Assembly (NCBI GenBank): GCA_045837725.1 | Contig: JBEWZL010000304.1 | Span: 1-64,000, forward strand | DNA length: 64,000 bases | Source of the DNA: Vermamoeba vermiformis | Lineage: Eukaryota | Direction of reading: 5' to 3' | Shown: positions 1 through 11,841 of the stretch, piece by piece | Position numbering within the stretch: the first letter of the stretch is position 1 | How the letters are laid out: each line of letters begins with the position of its first letter | The notes under the pieces: model-generated | Seen by the model: the letters and a program-made list of their open reading frames with translations, nothing else | Told to the model about the DNA's origin: nothing | Database searches by the model: none | Made by a program: the position numbers and the translations under genes

Positions 1-2790
1 ATACCCCCGCGGGGATTGAATTAATCCCCAGCTTAACGTGCGCAGAGCGCAATTTATCGGTCGGATTCCATATTTGTGCAAAATGCATCAAACTGACCTC
101 GTTTTGGGTCAACCGAATCCCCAGCACTAAGTGCTGTCAATCGTTCGGATCCATCTCAGCTTGTACAATGACCCCTGCGGGGATTGGATTAATCCCCAGC
201 ATAACGTGCACGAAGTGCAAAATCAATTAACGACACTCAAAGTTTTTGAGCAAAGTATAATGTAAAGCACTTTTTAATTGGAATTACCCCCTGCGGGGAT
301 TGAACTAATCCCCAGCTTAATGTGCGCGGAGCACAATTTATCGGTCGGATTCCACGTTCGTGCAAAATGCATCAAACTGACCTTGTTTTGGATCGAATGA
401 ATCCCAGCACTAAGTGCTGTCAATTGTTCGGATCTATCTTGGCTTGTACAATGACCCCTGCGGGGATTGAATTAATCCCCAGCATAAAGTGCACGAAGTG
501 CAAAATCAATTAACGACACTCAAAGTTTTTGACTGAGCAACGTTGAATGTAAAGCACTTTTTAATTGGAATTACCCCCTGCGGGGATTGAACTAATCCCC
601 AGCTGAATGTGCGCGGAGCGCAACTATTCGGTCACGTTCTACATTAGAGTGAAACTTTTGATTAATCCCTTACAACGTGCAACAAATGATAGTCAAAATC
701 ATAATCTTGAGGATCAGACCCCTGCGGGGAATGCAGCCCCGGAACTACATGCACGTTCTTTTTGCTCGGCCTTTACTTAGCACTCAATAGCGTTCTTAAT
801 GCTCTTTTTCATTAGCTCCAACTACTTTCTTTATGCTCTTCTTATTTTAATTTTCATCATCAATTCACTTTTTTGTCATTAATTGATTCGCACCATATCA
901 TCATTGTCATGATAATCATCTTCATCATTACATTTTCATCATCATCATCATTAAAACTACCCAGTTTTTGTCATTTCTCCATGAACTACCCCCTGCGGGG
1001 AAAGCAGCCCCGTACTACAAGCGCGGTCTTTTCGTTCGGCTTTTACTTGCTCTCAGTACCGTTCTTTATGCTCTTCATTGTTAGCTCCAAGTACATTCTT
1101 TATGCTCTTTATCCGTTGATTTTCATCATCAATTCACTATTTTGTCATTCGCATACCATCATCATAAGGGTCCATTGTCATCATCACCATGATCCTCATC
1201 CTTATCATCATCATCATCCTCATCATCCTCATTGAATTAATTCAATTTTCATTCATTTTCATCTTAATTGACCCCCTGCGGGGAAAGCAGCCCCGGACTG
1301 CACGCGCGTTCTTTTTGTTCGGCATTTACTTGCTTTCAGTGCCATTCTTTATGCTCTTCGTTGTTAGCTCCAAGTACATTCTTTATGCTCTTGATTCGTT
1401 CAACCATATCATCATCATTGCCATGATCATCATCTTGTCTTCATCATCATCATCATCATCATCCTCAGGATGATCATCATCACTGCATCATCATTACATC
1501 ATCATCATCACCACTATCTACTAATTTCAATTTTCATTCATTTTCTTTAAAGTTACCCCCTGCGGGGATCGATCCCCAGAACTACATGAGCGTTCTTTTT
1601 CTTCGGCTTTTACTTGCTCTCAATGCCGTTCTTTATGCTCTTTTTTACGACACATCATCACATCATCATCATTATCATCATTCTCATATTCACGATCATC
1701 ATCATTGTCATCATCATCATATCATCTAATTTCAATTTTCATTCATTTTCTTTAAAGTTACCCCCTGCGGGGATCAATCCCCGGAACTGCACTAGCGTTC
1801 TTTTTGTTTGGCTTTTACTTTGCTCTCAATTCCGTTCTTAATGCTCTTTTTGCACGACATTGTCACATCATCTTATCATCCTTCTCATGATCATCATCAT
1901 CATCATCATAATCATCACCATCATTATCATCATTGTTATCATCATCAACTAATCTCAAATTTCACTGATTTTCTTCATAAGTTACCCCCTGCGGGGATTG
2001 ATCCCCGGAAAAGAGTGCGCGCGGAGTGCTATTAGATTCAAATATCGATCTTTATGCTCTTTTTTACACGCGAAACTGTAGGAATTACGCGCGTTAGCGC
2101 GATTATCCCAAGCTTAAAGCGTATGTGTACCAGTTAACTGTCATTGATGCCATCATAATGATGATCATCATCATCACCATCATCATTATTTAATTCATTC
2201 ATTTTTCATCACTTTTTCAAACCTACCCCCTGCGGGGATTGATCCCCAGCAAGAACGTGCGTGGAGCGCAATTAGATTCAAATAGCGTTCTTTATGCTCT
2301 TCTTTACGCGTGAAAATGATGGATTTATGCGTGTTAGCGCGATTATCCCAAGCTTAAAGCGTACGTGTACAAGAGAACCAGCATGGATACCATCGTAATG
2401 ATGATCATCATCATCATCGTCATCATCATCATCATCATCTACTAATTTCACTTTTCATTGACTTTCTTCATAAGTTACCCCCTGCGGGGATTGATCCCCA
2501 GAAAGAACGCGCGCGGAGCGCGACTAGATCCAAATCGCGTTCTTTATGCTCTTTTTCACGTGAAAACGATGGGATTTACGCGCGTTAGCGCGACTGTCCC
2601 GGAATTAAAGCACGTGTTGCTGTTACTTTACATTGATTAATATACCAATGATGAAGAATGACATCCTTCATTCTTCCATTCATTTAAAGCATTCGTGTAC
2701 CAATTAACATTCATTGTTAGAATTAACAATGAAATTTCATTCTGTTATCCTCATCATTTCATTCATTTTTATTTGGGCCCCGCGGGGATC
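1..2790. repeat. Complex satellite: 14 copies of a CCCC(T/C)GCGGGGA core at 115-300 bp spacing, with (CAT)n microsatellite tracts
   Basis: Core motif near 4, 172, 287, 455, 574, 719, 989, 1272, 1556, 1761, 1985, 2226, 2478 and 2778. Bases 1-570 form two near-identical ~283-bp units. Later units share TTCTTTATGCTCT and CAT-rich tracts. The array probably continues past the left edge. Confidence 0.9.
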
Positions 2791-2799
2791 TACGATGAA

Positions 2800-5420
2800 A
2801 TCAAACACGCTTCAACTCTAAAATATAAAGGAGTTAATAATTAATTAGATATAATAGAAAAGCGTAAATTAACTTACCTATTGAGAGCCGTACTTTTGTC
2901 AGCGATCCAAGATTAACGCGTAATCGGGTTAACTGAACAATAAAAGGTTATTAGAATTATCATTAAATAAGTTATATAATGTTTATTACTTACTTCAAGA
3001 GCCTTCAGAGCTCTTCAGCAAAACTTTAACGGATCGAGATGCGTCGGATCCCGATCCGAATTCTGTCACTCAAGGGTTGCTCTGACCCTTTTCGATCTAC
3101 AATAACGTTAGCAACGATCATTTAAACATATTTTTCCCTTACCTCGGTTCATCAGTTAGTACTGACAAAAATTTTAACGCGTTAGATCTCGCGCCACCAA
3201 ATCCACCAAAAATTCTATCCAACGGTTCTAATGAGAAATAAAGATGTTATCATCTTACAATAATAATACAAAATCAATTTTACTTACTTTTGACGCGATC
3301 GATGCGCGTCACTGAACTTTTGAGAGATCGAGTTGTTCTGTACGCGATCTCTGGCCCCAGCTTCGTGTCATCTCCTGAACGTAAAATTGTTATCAGTGAG
3401 TTATTATATCAATACTTAAGGGGGATCACTTACGTTTAAACCAATCGATGCCCCGCAAAGAAATTTTAACAGATCGAGACTCGTCGGATCTCGATCTCGT
3501 AATTGTTCCTCCGTTGTCGTCTTCGTTATTTCTAGTAATATAATGGGTTAGTATTAAGCAATATCTAACTGTAACCGCACTTACCGGGCTATTATGGGCG
3601 ATGTAACGAATCTGATAACGCGAGAAGATCGCGTTCAAGATCCGTTCTCGTTAACTATTAACACCTAAAATAATAGTGTTAGATTGTTAAACAATAATAA
3701 AATAAACGATTTGAACTACTTACGGTTGCTTCCTTATTGGGAATCGAGAGATCGGTTTCGCGCTCGATCTAAAACTCGCACCAAAGTTCTGACGTTCAAA
3801 TTACCTATTAAATAACGATTAATATATTATGTTAATTACAAAATAAACAGCAATTTAAATTTTACACGAGCACGAAGCTCGATCCGTATCTCGTAATTGT
3901 TTAAATTACAAGAGTAATTTCAAATTTTAAAATGACGCGTTCCATGCGTCTTATTGATTATTATTATTAATAAAAGATAACTTACCAATTATTCTGATGC
4001 GTCCAACGCATCCGATCTCGCCATCAAGTTGCCAAACCAACGAGCGAGCAGTGGTGATCGTCCCTGCAGCGGGACACGAACGGAAAAGGCCAGTATACCG
4101 CGAAACGACCATTGGTGGTCTGGATCTCGCGCATCGAAAGGGATTGGAACTTTCGATCGCGTTAGAAAATCGCGGCGAGTTTCTGTATTGAAAATTAATC
4201 ATTAATATAATGTACTATAATTAATAAAACGATATTCAACAAAAAATCGGGTTAAATTACGAGTACTAAGCTAGATCCGAATCCTGATGAATTTAGAACA
4301 AAAATTTAAAAATTGAATTTATGATATCTTGATATTACAATAGGTGGAACTATTGTACGAAAAATATTACCTTTAATAATCTCGGTCACTGCACCGAGAT
4401 TTGCACGACACTAGATCGCGTTCTGAGTGTCGCGCTGGAACGACGCTGAAAGTCGTTTGGCGCGTGTGTGCTGACAATAAATTAACAATCGAAATACCCA
4501 AACCGACCCTTGTGGTCGATCTGTCGCGAATCTTGGATTCGCACCTGTCAAATCTCTAAATAACTCGCGCTGAACGGCCGTCGTGGCCGTGGCGCGTAAC
4601 TATCTGCTGTTAATAAGCAATAATATAAATATAACGACCTTTGTGGTCGTTCTGTTGAATTACTGGTATTTAACAATTGTTTTTTTTCGACGTTATGGTC
4701 GAAAGTTAGAAAATAATAATGGAACCCGTGGGAGCACTGTTGTCGATTTTATAACGTACAAGAATGGTTTTTTTATTGCTTTAACCTATTCCTATTACAA
4801 TTTAAAGTTGCTCCTATGAGATTAGGTAAACTCGGACTTTGGCGGATCGAGACAGGCCACCATAAAAATTGCTGACGTGCTCTTATCTGAAGTAAAAACG
4901 ATATCAGTAAGTAATAGTACAAGTATTTAACGCGTTCTACTTACTTTTTGCGCAATCACTGCGCTCTGTCAACTTCTTATTGGATCGCTAGAGATCCGCA
5001 AGCCGATCCGGATTATTGTAAATTTTGGGTTGAAAATTTAAATTGAATGGAGGTTATCATAATATTGTAAATGATGCAAGGATATTTAAAATTAATTAAT
5101 AATAAGGTAATAATAATATTACCTTGATTTATCTCGGTCACTGCACCGAGATTCGCGCAAGTCTTGAACTCGCATTGTCTCGCGCTGGAACGATGCTGAT
5201 TATCGTTTGGCGCGTCTGTTGATTAAATGCATAATATCTAAATGGACAACCTTGTGGTCGATCTGTTGCATTGCTGATGCGAAAAACTCGTGCGAAGTTT
5301 TCGCATCAGCTCTTCATCCAAATAACTCGCGCTGGAACGGCTATGCTGCCGCGGCGCGGTACTTTCAGCTGTAATAACAATAAATAAATAAATCGACCCT
5401 TGTGGTCGATCTGTCTAAGT
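2800..5420 (-). ncRNA. Candidate multi-exon non-coding transcript (or decayed gene) with hairpin-rich exons
   Basis: Regular AT-rich minus-strand GT-AG introns at 2818-2877, 2933-2993, 3097-3142, 3228-3287, 3375-3433, 3532-3584, 3665-3723 and 3805-3865, several with CTAAC/CTAAT branch points. Exons 2994-3096, 3585-3664 and 3724-3804 have stops in all three frames. Boundaries are approximate. Confidence 0.45.
4300..5415. repeat. Diverged direct duplication (~4300-4655 vs ~5030-5415)
   Basis: Shared blocks in the same order: ATCTCGGTCACTGCACCGAGAT, TCGCGCTGGAACGA, CGTTTGGCGCGT, CCTTGTGGTCGATCTGT, AAATAACTCGCGCTG. Confidence 0.85.
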
Positions 5421-5639
5421 TCATCCAAACAAGTACCATAACAGCACAGTCGCGTGCGTAACGGTCACTTCCTTTTTAGTCATGCCACTGAAAACCGACA
5501 TGCATCGAGTGAAAACCGACACGCATGCGAGAGGCACGTGCTGCCAAAAATTGTTTTTGTGCTGGGATAAATCCTGGCACGGGAGACAAAAACGCACGAG
5601 CGACCGACTTCTCGCACAAATACTCACCAACACGATCAC

Positions 5640-6620
5640 CACAATGGTCGTGTAATTTATTTTAGTTATTTTTAATATTCTTGTAGATGCGCGGAGTTGA
5701 ACGCAGCGCAACTGCTTTCGTTACCTGGGTGGTGACGATCGGTCGGCTGTCTGCTGCCGGCTGTCTGTTGCTCAATGTGCTCGTACAGTGCGTATTGCAC
5801 GGAGGTGAGTTTCCCTAATTAAATATTAATTCTGCCGTTGGCTAAACTCACTGTTTCGTTTTACAGACGATCGGTCGTGGGTCATGCTTCATGCTTCGAG
5901 CTCACTGCTAGGTGCTTTGGCTAAACTCAAAGGGTGCATTTAGGGTGGTAGAGCAAAGTATGCAGCGTTCGGTAAGCAAAAAAAAATTTAAATCCGTATT
6001 TTCAGATGCGCGGCATCTAACATTCACCATTTGTGTAGGGCAGCTGACCCCAAGAACTGCATAGTACATATTAAAAAGAAACTTGGTGCGTGGTTAATGC
6101 CTTGCAACCGAGCCTCCAGCACTAGGTAAGCCAGTTCGAATTACATTTTTTTCGCACCGCTAACGATCTTCTAGTCCTACAAGCCATTACACCCTGCCAG
6201 GCACATTACGACCTGCGCGGTAAGTTTTTCGACATCGTCTCCTACTGGAGACGACCTCCTATGACTTTGATTTTTTTTTTACATCGTCTCCCGCTGGAGA
6301 CGACCTCTGTTGGACTTAGTTTTTTTTTGACATCGTCTCCCGCTGGAGACGACCTCCTACGACTTTGATTTTTTTACATCGTCTCCCACTGGAGACGACC
6401 TCTGTTGGACTTAGTTTTTTTTGACATCGTCTCCCGCTGGAGACGACCTTGCATGACTTCAATTTTTTCTCTAAGTTTACATCTTGATTTTTTTTTTTTA
6501 CTGTCTCTCAATGGAGACATCCTTTGTTCAAGTACTTTATTATTTTGAACTTGTTTTCTCCTAACTCTTTATATTCAGGCTTGTAAAATTGTAATGTATA
6601 GCTAATAAAGTTCTTTAACT
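5640..6620 (+). ncRNA. Candidate spliced transcript with only a 64-aa ORF (lncRNA or small peptide)
   Basis: Introns 5805-5866, 5972-6038, 6126-6174 and 6220-6578 have GTRAG donors, YAG acceptors and mostly CTAAC branch points. AATAAA at 6604-6609. The spliced ORF from ATG 5687 stops at 5943, upstream of three more introns. Confidence 0.45.
6231..6522. repeat. Tandem array of hairpin + oligo-T units (~48 bp period; 5 copies plus 1 degenerate)
   Basis: TCGTCTCC-N4-GGAGACGA stems near 6235, 6284, 6333, 6379 and 6427, each followed by a T-run. Degenerate copy near 6502. Confidence 0.9.
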
Positions 6621-6640
6621 ATTTATCCCTGTACATGTGT

Positions 6641-6910
6641 AGTGACTCTTGTTAGCACTCGGCGACTCTCGTTAGCGCTTGGCAACTCTGGTTAGAGCTC
6701 GGTGACTCTCGTTAGCGCTAGGCAACTCTTGTTAGCGCTTGGCGACTCTCGTTAGCGCTCGGCGACTCTCGTTAGCGCTCGGCGACTCTCGTTAGCGCTC
6801 GGCGACTCTCGTTAGCGCTTGGCGACTCTCGTTAGCGCTTGGCGACTCTTGTTATTGCTCAGCGACTCTTGCTAGGGCTAGGTGACTCTGCCAGAGCTGG
6901 CAACTCTAGC
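6641..6910. repeat. 20-bp minisatellite, consensus GGCGACTCTCGTTAGCGCTC, ~13 copies
   Basis: Exact 20-bp period from 6641. Central copies are perfect and terminal copies are decayed. Confidence 0.95.
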
Positions 6911-7638
6911 TAGCTCCTGGTGCCTGGTCCAAAAATTGGAGCAAAAGATACAAATTATCCTTGGTTTTATTGCTTTCAAAGTAGTTTTAAGGGCTAGCCC
7001 TGTTTGGCCAAGCCCTGTAGTATATATGAATTAATTAATAAAAATATTGCCAGTTTTAACTTACCCACAGCTGTAATTTTGCCTTTCTTGGCCCGCACCA
7101 AAGCATTCAGTGGTAGATCTCATGGGAGATGAAACTTGCTGTGTCTGCTCTACATAATTCAGCACAGTTGCATGGTGAAACCAGATGTCACAAAGTTCCA
7201 CATTGATTCATAATGTGCACTGCTTGCTCAGTGAGCTGATGGTGTGGCGGATGAGCCCTTCTTCTTCTTCTATTTCTTACTGCTGGAGCATGTTGAGGGA
7301 CATAAAAATGATGCATTGCTGCAGGACGGACAAATCCTGGCAAAAATTGTGGTGGGATGCTGTTAGGCATTGACTATGGTTGGTATGAATATAATAATAT
7401 GAATAGCCATTGTTTTGTTTATATATCTTTTGCTATTACTATTCACAGTACTGCTGGGAGATTGTGGCTGATTACGAAATTCGTTCCGTGAAAACCGGGT
7501 TCTAATGGATTGCTACAATATTCAAATAAACATTCAGAGTTTTCCACATTGATTTAACCTATTCATAAAACAAAAGTCTTTACTCTTAATACAATTATTG
7601 ATTGAGCTTAACATAACCCATTGGAACTCCCTAAAAGG

Positions 7639-10600
7639 CTAATCAGTATATTGCAAGTTCATTTTAAATGACCATACCACTGATTCAAAGCTGTTGTGTT
7701 GTTGCACTTTGCGCACAATCAGGAAAATTGCCATGGCAAGAACAAGAGCACCTGCTATGCAACCTAACACAATGCCCCAAATTTGACCTGAGCTCAGTAT
7801 TTCAGGCTCTGCAATCACTTCAACAAGTGGCTCTGCTACAGGCACAAATACAGGAGCAGCCACTGGAGTATCTGTTCAAAATTGTTTAGCAAGAAATCAT
7901 TTTGTGTAAATAAAACCACACCAGGACTACCAACAGTGGCGGTTATTTGCAGCGAGACTGTGATTTTGGCATCAGTAGGGTTTTGTACCAAGACGTGGAA
8001 CGTGTTGCTTCGCTCAATGGTATCGAAATTAAAAGAGCGGCTACAATAGCGAATTAATACTTGAACATACTAATGATCGAATTATTACCTTAATTGCGCA
8101 GCGCCGTTAGAAAACTCAGCTTGGCTAGGCTCGCCAAAGATTGAAGTGCCTTGAGTGATCGTAGCACCAAAGTTCGAAGGTGATTGCGAAGACAGACTAA
8201 GGTCAAAGCGAACGTTGTGATGTTCATCAGGGTAGTTAAAGGTAAAGAACATTTGTCCACGTCCTTCGAGTTCGATCGACGATGCAGTGCCCAAAACCAA
8301 ATTGCGCAGAGCTGAAAATAAGTCAGTCCGAGCACAACGAACGTAAGAGACATTGTACTACTCACGAGCAAATCCGGCAGTAATGGAGTACGACATTGTT
8401 TGAGTGGTGTGCCAGTTTCTGACGGCAATGTGCGCGAACCTGCCAACTGATTGCGCACGTGTCAATGAAGTAAATTGAGAGACCTGAGTGTTGTTGAGAA
8501 CAATTGAGTTGTCACCGTCGACCTTGGGTGGGATGAGCGGGAACTGGTCCATCTTGGAGACAACAGAAGACAGAACAACAGGACCAGTGTTGGAGAACCG
8601 AGTGTGCAGGATAAAGTCTTTGTCATTCGGGAACTGACTGGCGACTTCATCGAAAGCAATGTTGTAATAACGAAGAGTATCGGGGGCTAATTGATGGTCA
8701 AATTGTTGATTGTGTCGGATGTCGGTCTCCTCTGAATGGATGTATTAAAAACAAGTTGAAAAAAACAACTGACCTGCACGTACCAACGGAAGCAACGAAG
8801 AACTCAAAATTGTGGCTCGTAGAATCAGAACGCTCGCTTGCAAGAACACCTGTAGTGTAAGTTTGCAACCCATGAGGCAATTGTGAGAACGGAATGTAAA
8901 CGCCCATGTAGGTGGGCACAAACACTCCATTGATAGGATCGTCAGTGAAGTACACGCGTGACGAAGCAAAAGGAGAAATTAACGTAGGGTAAGTGTTTCC
9001 TGTCGAAACAACGAACGATAACTCTCGATTGCCAATGCCAATGTTGCCCGAGACGTAATTCACGAAGTATAGAGACACGAACAGACCACGTTGACTGTTG
9101 GTGGTTTCGAATTGAGTTCTGTAGTATTGCCAGTAGCCTGGAAGAATTCTACCGCTCACAAACTCGCCAACAGAAATATCAAAGCGATCTAATATGCGGT
9201 TAGCAACATATTTGGACCAAGCGCTAAACTTACTGAAAACAGCGGGACGAATCTGGAAGTCGTAATGATTGCCCGTATTCACAGAGGTAGCGTTAGCAAG
9301 CACGAACCACTTGCCGGATATTGGATCAACGGGAAGATCAAAGAACAGGTCGGCATTGGTTCCAGAGGTCATACCGTCGTTGATGAGTTCAGTCGGCAGT
9401 CCTTGACGCCTGATTGCGACAAAAACAGTTTCGTCGGTAATTTGTTCAGTTGTAGCCATTGTGACTTTCATTACTGTTGCGTTTCTGTCAATAAGGTCAA
9501 TAGCCATCCCTACGAATTCGAGACACCACACGTACCTTGCAGGGTCAAGAATCTCGATAAAATGAGGTTGAAGATCGAATTGGAAGATCATTGAAGTTGT
9601 GAAATCGTTGGCGGTGTACGGAGTGAATCGGAACAACGGCGCAGAGGCAATTTCTAAAGGTCCGATTAGGCGCAAATATTCTTTTTTTTATGCAGACTTG
9701 CTTACCATGCAATCTAGTTGTAACTGATATATCCAAAGTGACAGGTGAAGTGTAGTTGAAGTAAACTCCGAATAAAACGTCCCTCCAGAACGTGGCATTT
9801 CGAAGCTGTCTGCCGCCGATCACCAACTGAGGCGAAGTCTGTTTACAGCGTTATTTAATATCTTGTTCTATTTAGTTTGCTTACCCAATCGCTTTGAACA
9901 GGGAATGTTTGATCGAGCTGATTAGCGTCGCTGACATCAGGCATAACTTTGTTGTTGAAGAATGGCACCACAACGATGTTGGAAGGCGTGGTCAAAGTGG
10001 TAGGATTGAGCACTTGGAACTCGAAGTACAATAAGGCTTCCTTCCATACGCTAGGAACTTGGTCGATATCGAGGTATGGCGCTTCAAGAAGAGTCCATTG
10101 ATTCGCGCCAACTGTCACTTGATCCAGCACATCCAGTTGCAACGTACCACGATCTATAAATTTTCAGCTATCAGCGACACACATTAATTTTTCTACTGTG
10201 CTTACCAATATAGAAAAGGTTAAGCTTAACGCTGGTGGATACATTGGCCGCGTTGAAGAAGCTGAAAAAGAAGTAATCGCCAGGGAACGACTCGCGCATC
10301 AGAACGAGTGTTTGTGTGTTATCAACGTAGCTAAAATCATTTTGAATAACATCTCCGACCAAGGGCGAATTATCAGGGCTGGGATACCAAGATAAAGACG
10401 CAACAGCTGCAAAATAAAAAATAAATAATTATTTAAAAATTACTAATAAATCTAAAAATTCGGCTATTGTGGCTAAAATACTTACGAAAGCAAATGCCTT
10501 CTTGACGCAAAAATCCGGATGGGCAGTCGGTGCACTCGTAAGTTCCAGGCAAATTTGTGCAGTTCAAACCGTCGCGGCATCGAGCGGTCTCGCATTCATT

Positions 10601-11635
10601 AATATCTAATCCAATATTATTAATCAATTCTTAATCTGTGCGTTGGACGAACCTTCACAACCATTTCCCGTGTTTCGGTAGCCGGTGCCGCATTGAACTA
10701 TAAAAATCAAACGATTAATGCCAAAAAAAGTGCGAACAAACGATGGAACTAACCGTAAATTAAGCTCAATAAGTTAGATACATCGCTTTGTTGCAAAAGA
10801 TCGCCGCCCACGGTGACAAACTGAGCTTCGACGCGCAGCAACGAGCTTGATTGAACGACAAACTGCGAAGACGACTCAGTGTTTGCGAAGTGCAACTCTC
10901 CTGGTGCAAGAGAGAACTCGAGTTGCGAGCCGATGGCCACAGTGTGATCAGCTAAGAAGAGTTAGCGGGAAACGCTCCAACAACGCTTTCAGACTTACGA
11001 TTTAACAAATACGTTACTTCAAAGTTCACGGTTTGGTTTCCAAAGTTAAAGACGCCAATGTTCCAAGTACGAGCAACGACGGAAGAACTTGGAACGAGTA
11101 CGTGATTGACACCTGTCATTTAACTCGAAGGTAAGCAATATGGCATCGCAACTATGTGAAAGATATCATACCTCGATACGGCGCCAGAGTTGCGCTTTCG
11201 GTTGTTATTGATTCAGTATCGACTACTACGAACAGAGCTGGGGAAGCTTGAGATATCGTAAGCACGTTTAAGGCAACTCTTTCTTGAATCTTAGCGGAAG
11301 GTACTAGAGCGGTGAAAGAAGAAAAACCGTTCGGTGTGACGGATGCGGATGTCAGTTGTCCTTGCAATAAACCTGCACGTAGTAAATAAATAAATTTAAA
11401 ATAAGCACGAGTTGGGTTGATTATTATTGAGGAAAATCCTATATAACTGGTTCGCACACAAAGAAAACGATATTTTTTTGGTAGATCGTGTCAAAAAATA
11501 AACAAATTGAATTGTAACATTATTTAGGGTTATTCAAAGCGATTTAATTGCTATAATTTTGTTTTGCTTACTTTGAGTGTTCGCAAAGCAAATGAGACCA
11601 CAGAGCAGCAAGATCAGAGCTTTACGACACAACAT
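7639..11635 (-). CDS. Type I membrane protein with repeated beta-rich extracellular domains and a Ca-binding EGF module (multi-exon)
   Basis: Signal peptide MLCRKALILLLCGLICFANTQ. EGF-Ca consensus DINECETARCRDGLNCTNLPGTYECTDCPSGF. C-terminal TM GQIWGIVLGCIAGALVLAMAIFLIV followed by a short tail. ORF-track segments join across GT-AG introns. Confidence 0.8.
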
Positions 11636-11841
11636 TTTGGCGTGACTTGTGGTCGTCTTCAGCGAAGAAAATGGAATTTAAAATGAAAAAGAAACAAATT
11701 TTAATCACGAACGTCAGCGAACGTCAAATGTCACCCAAGTACGAAAAAAACTCAAATGTTGCGCTAACCGCAAAAATTACGTGCACCACGAGCACAAGGA
11801 CGAAAGGACATTTATAAAAAACAAACAAATTTCCTGTTAGT

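Noticed and set aside
873-2640. His/Ile/Ser-rich ORFs
   Set aside because: They are translations of (CAT)n tracts and satellite units.
1-2790. CRISPR-like palindromic repeats
   Set aside because: Spacers are 100-290 bp and homologous to each other, no cas genes are present, and the context is eukaryotic.
2994-3804. TGA read-through or alternative genetic code in the minus-strand unit
   Set aside because: TAA/TAG also interrupt these exons, and TGA acts as a normal stop in other genes here (e.g. 20568-20570).
6235-6450. BsmBI (CGTCTC/GAGACG) sites suggesting a synthetic construct, or bacterial terminators
   Set aside because: Degenerate natural-looking copies exist inside an intron, there is no vector sequence, and the T-runs sit ~15 nt away from the stems.
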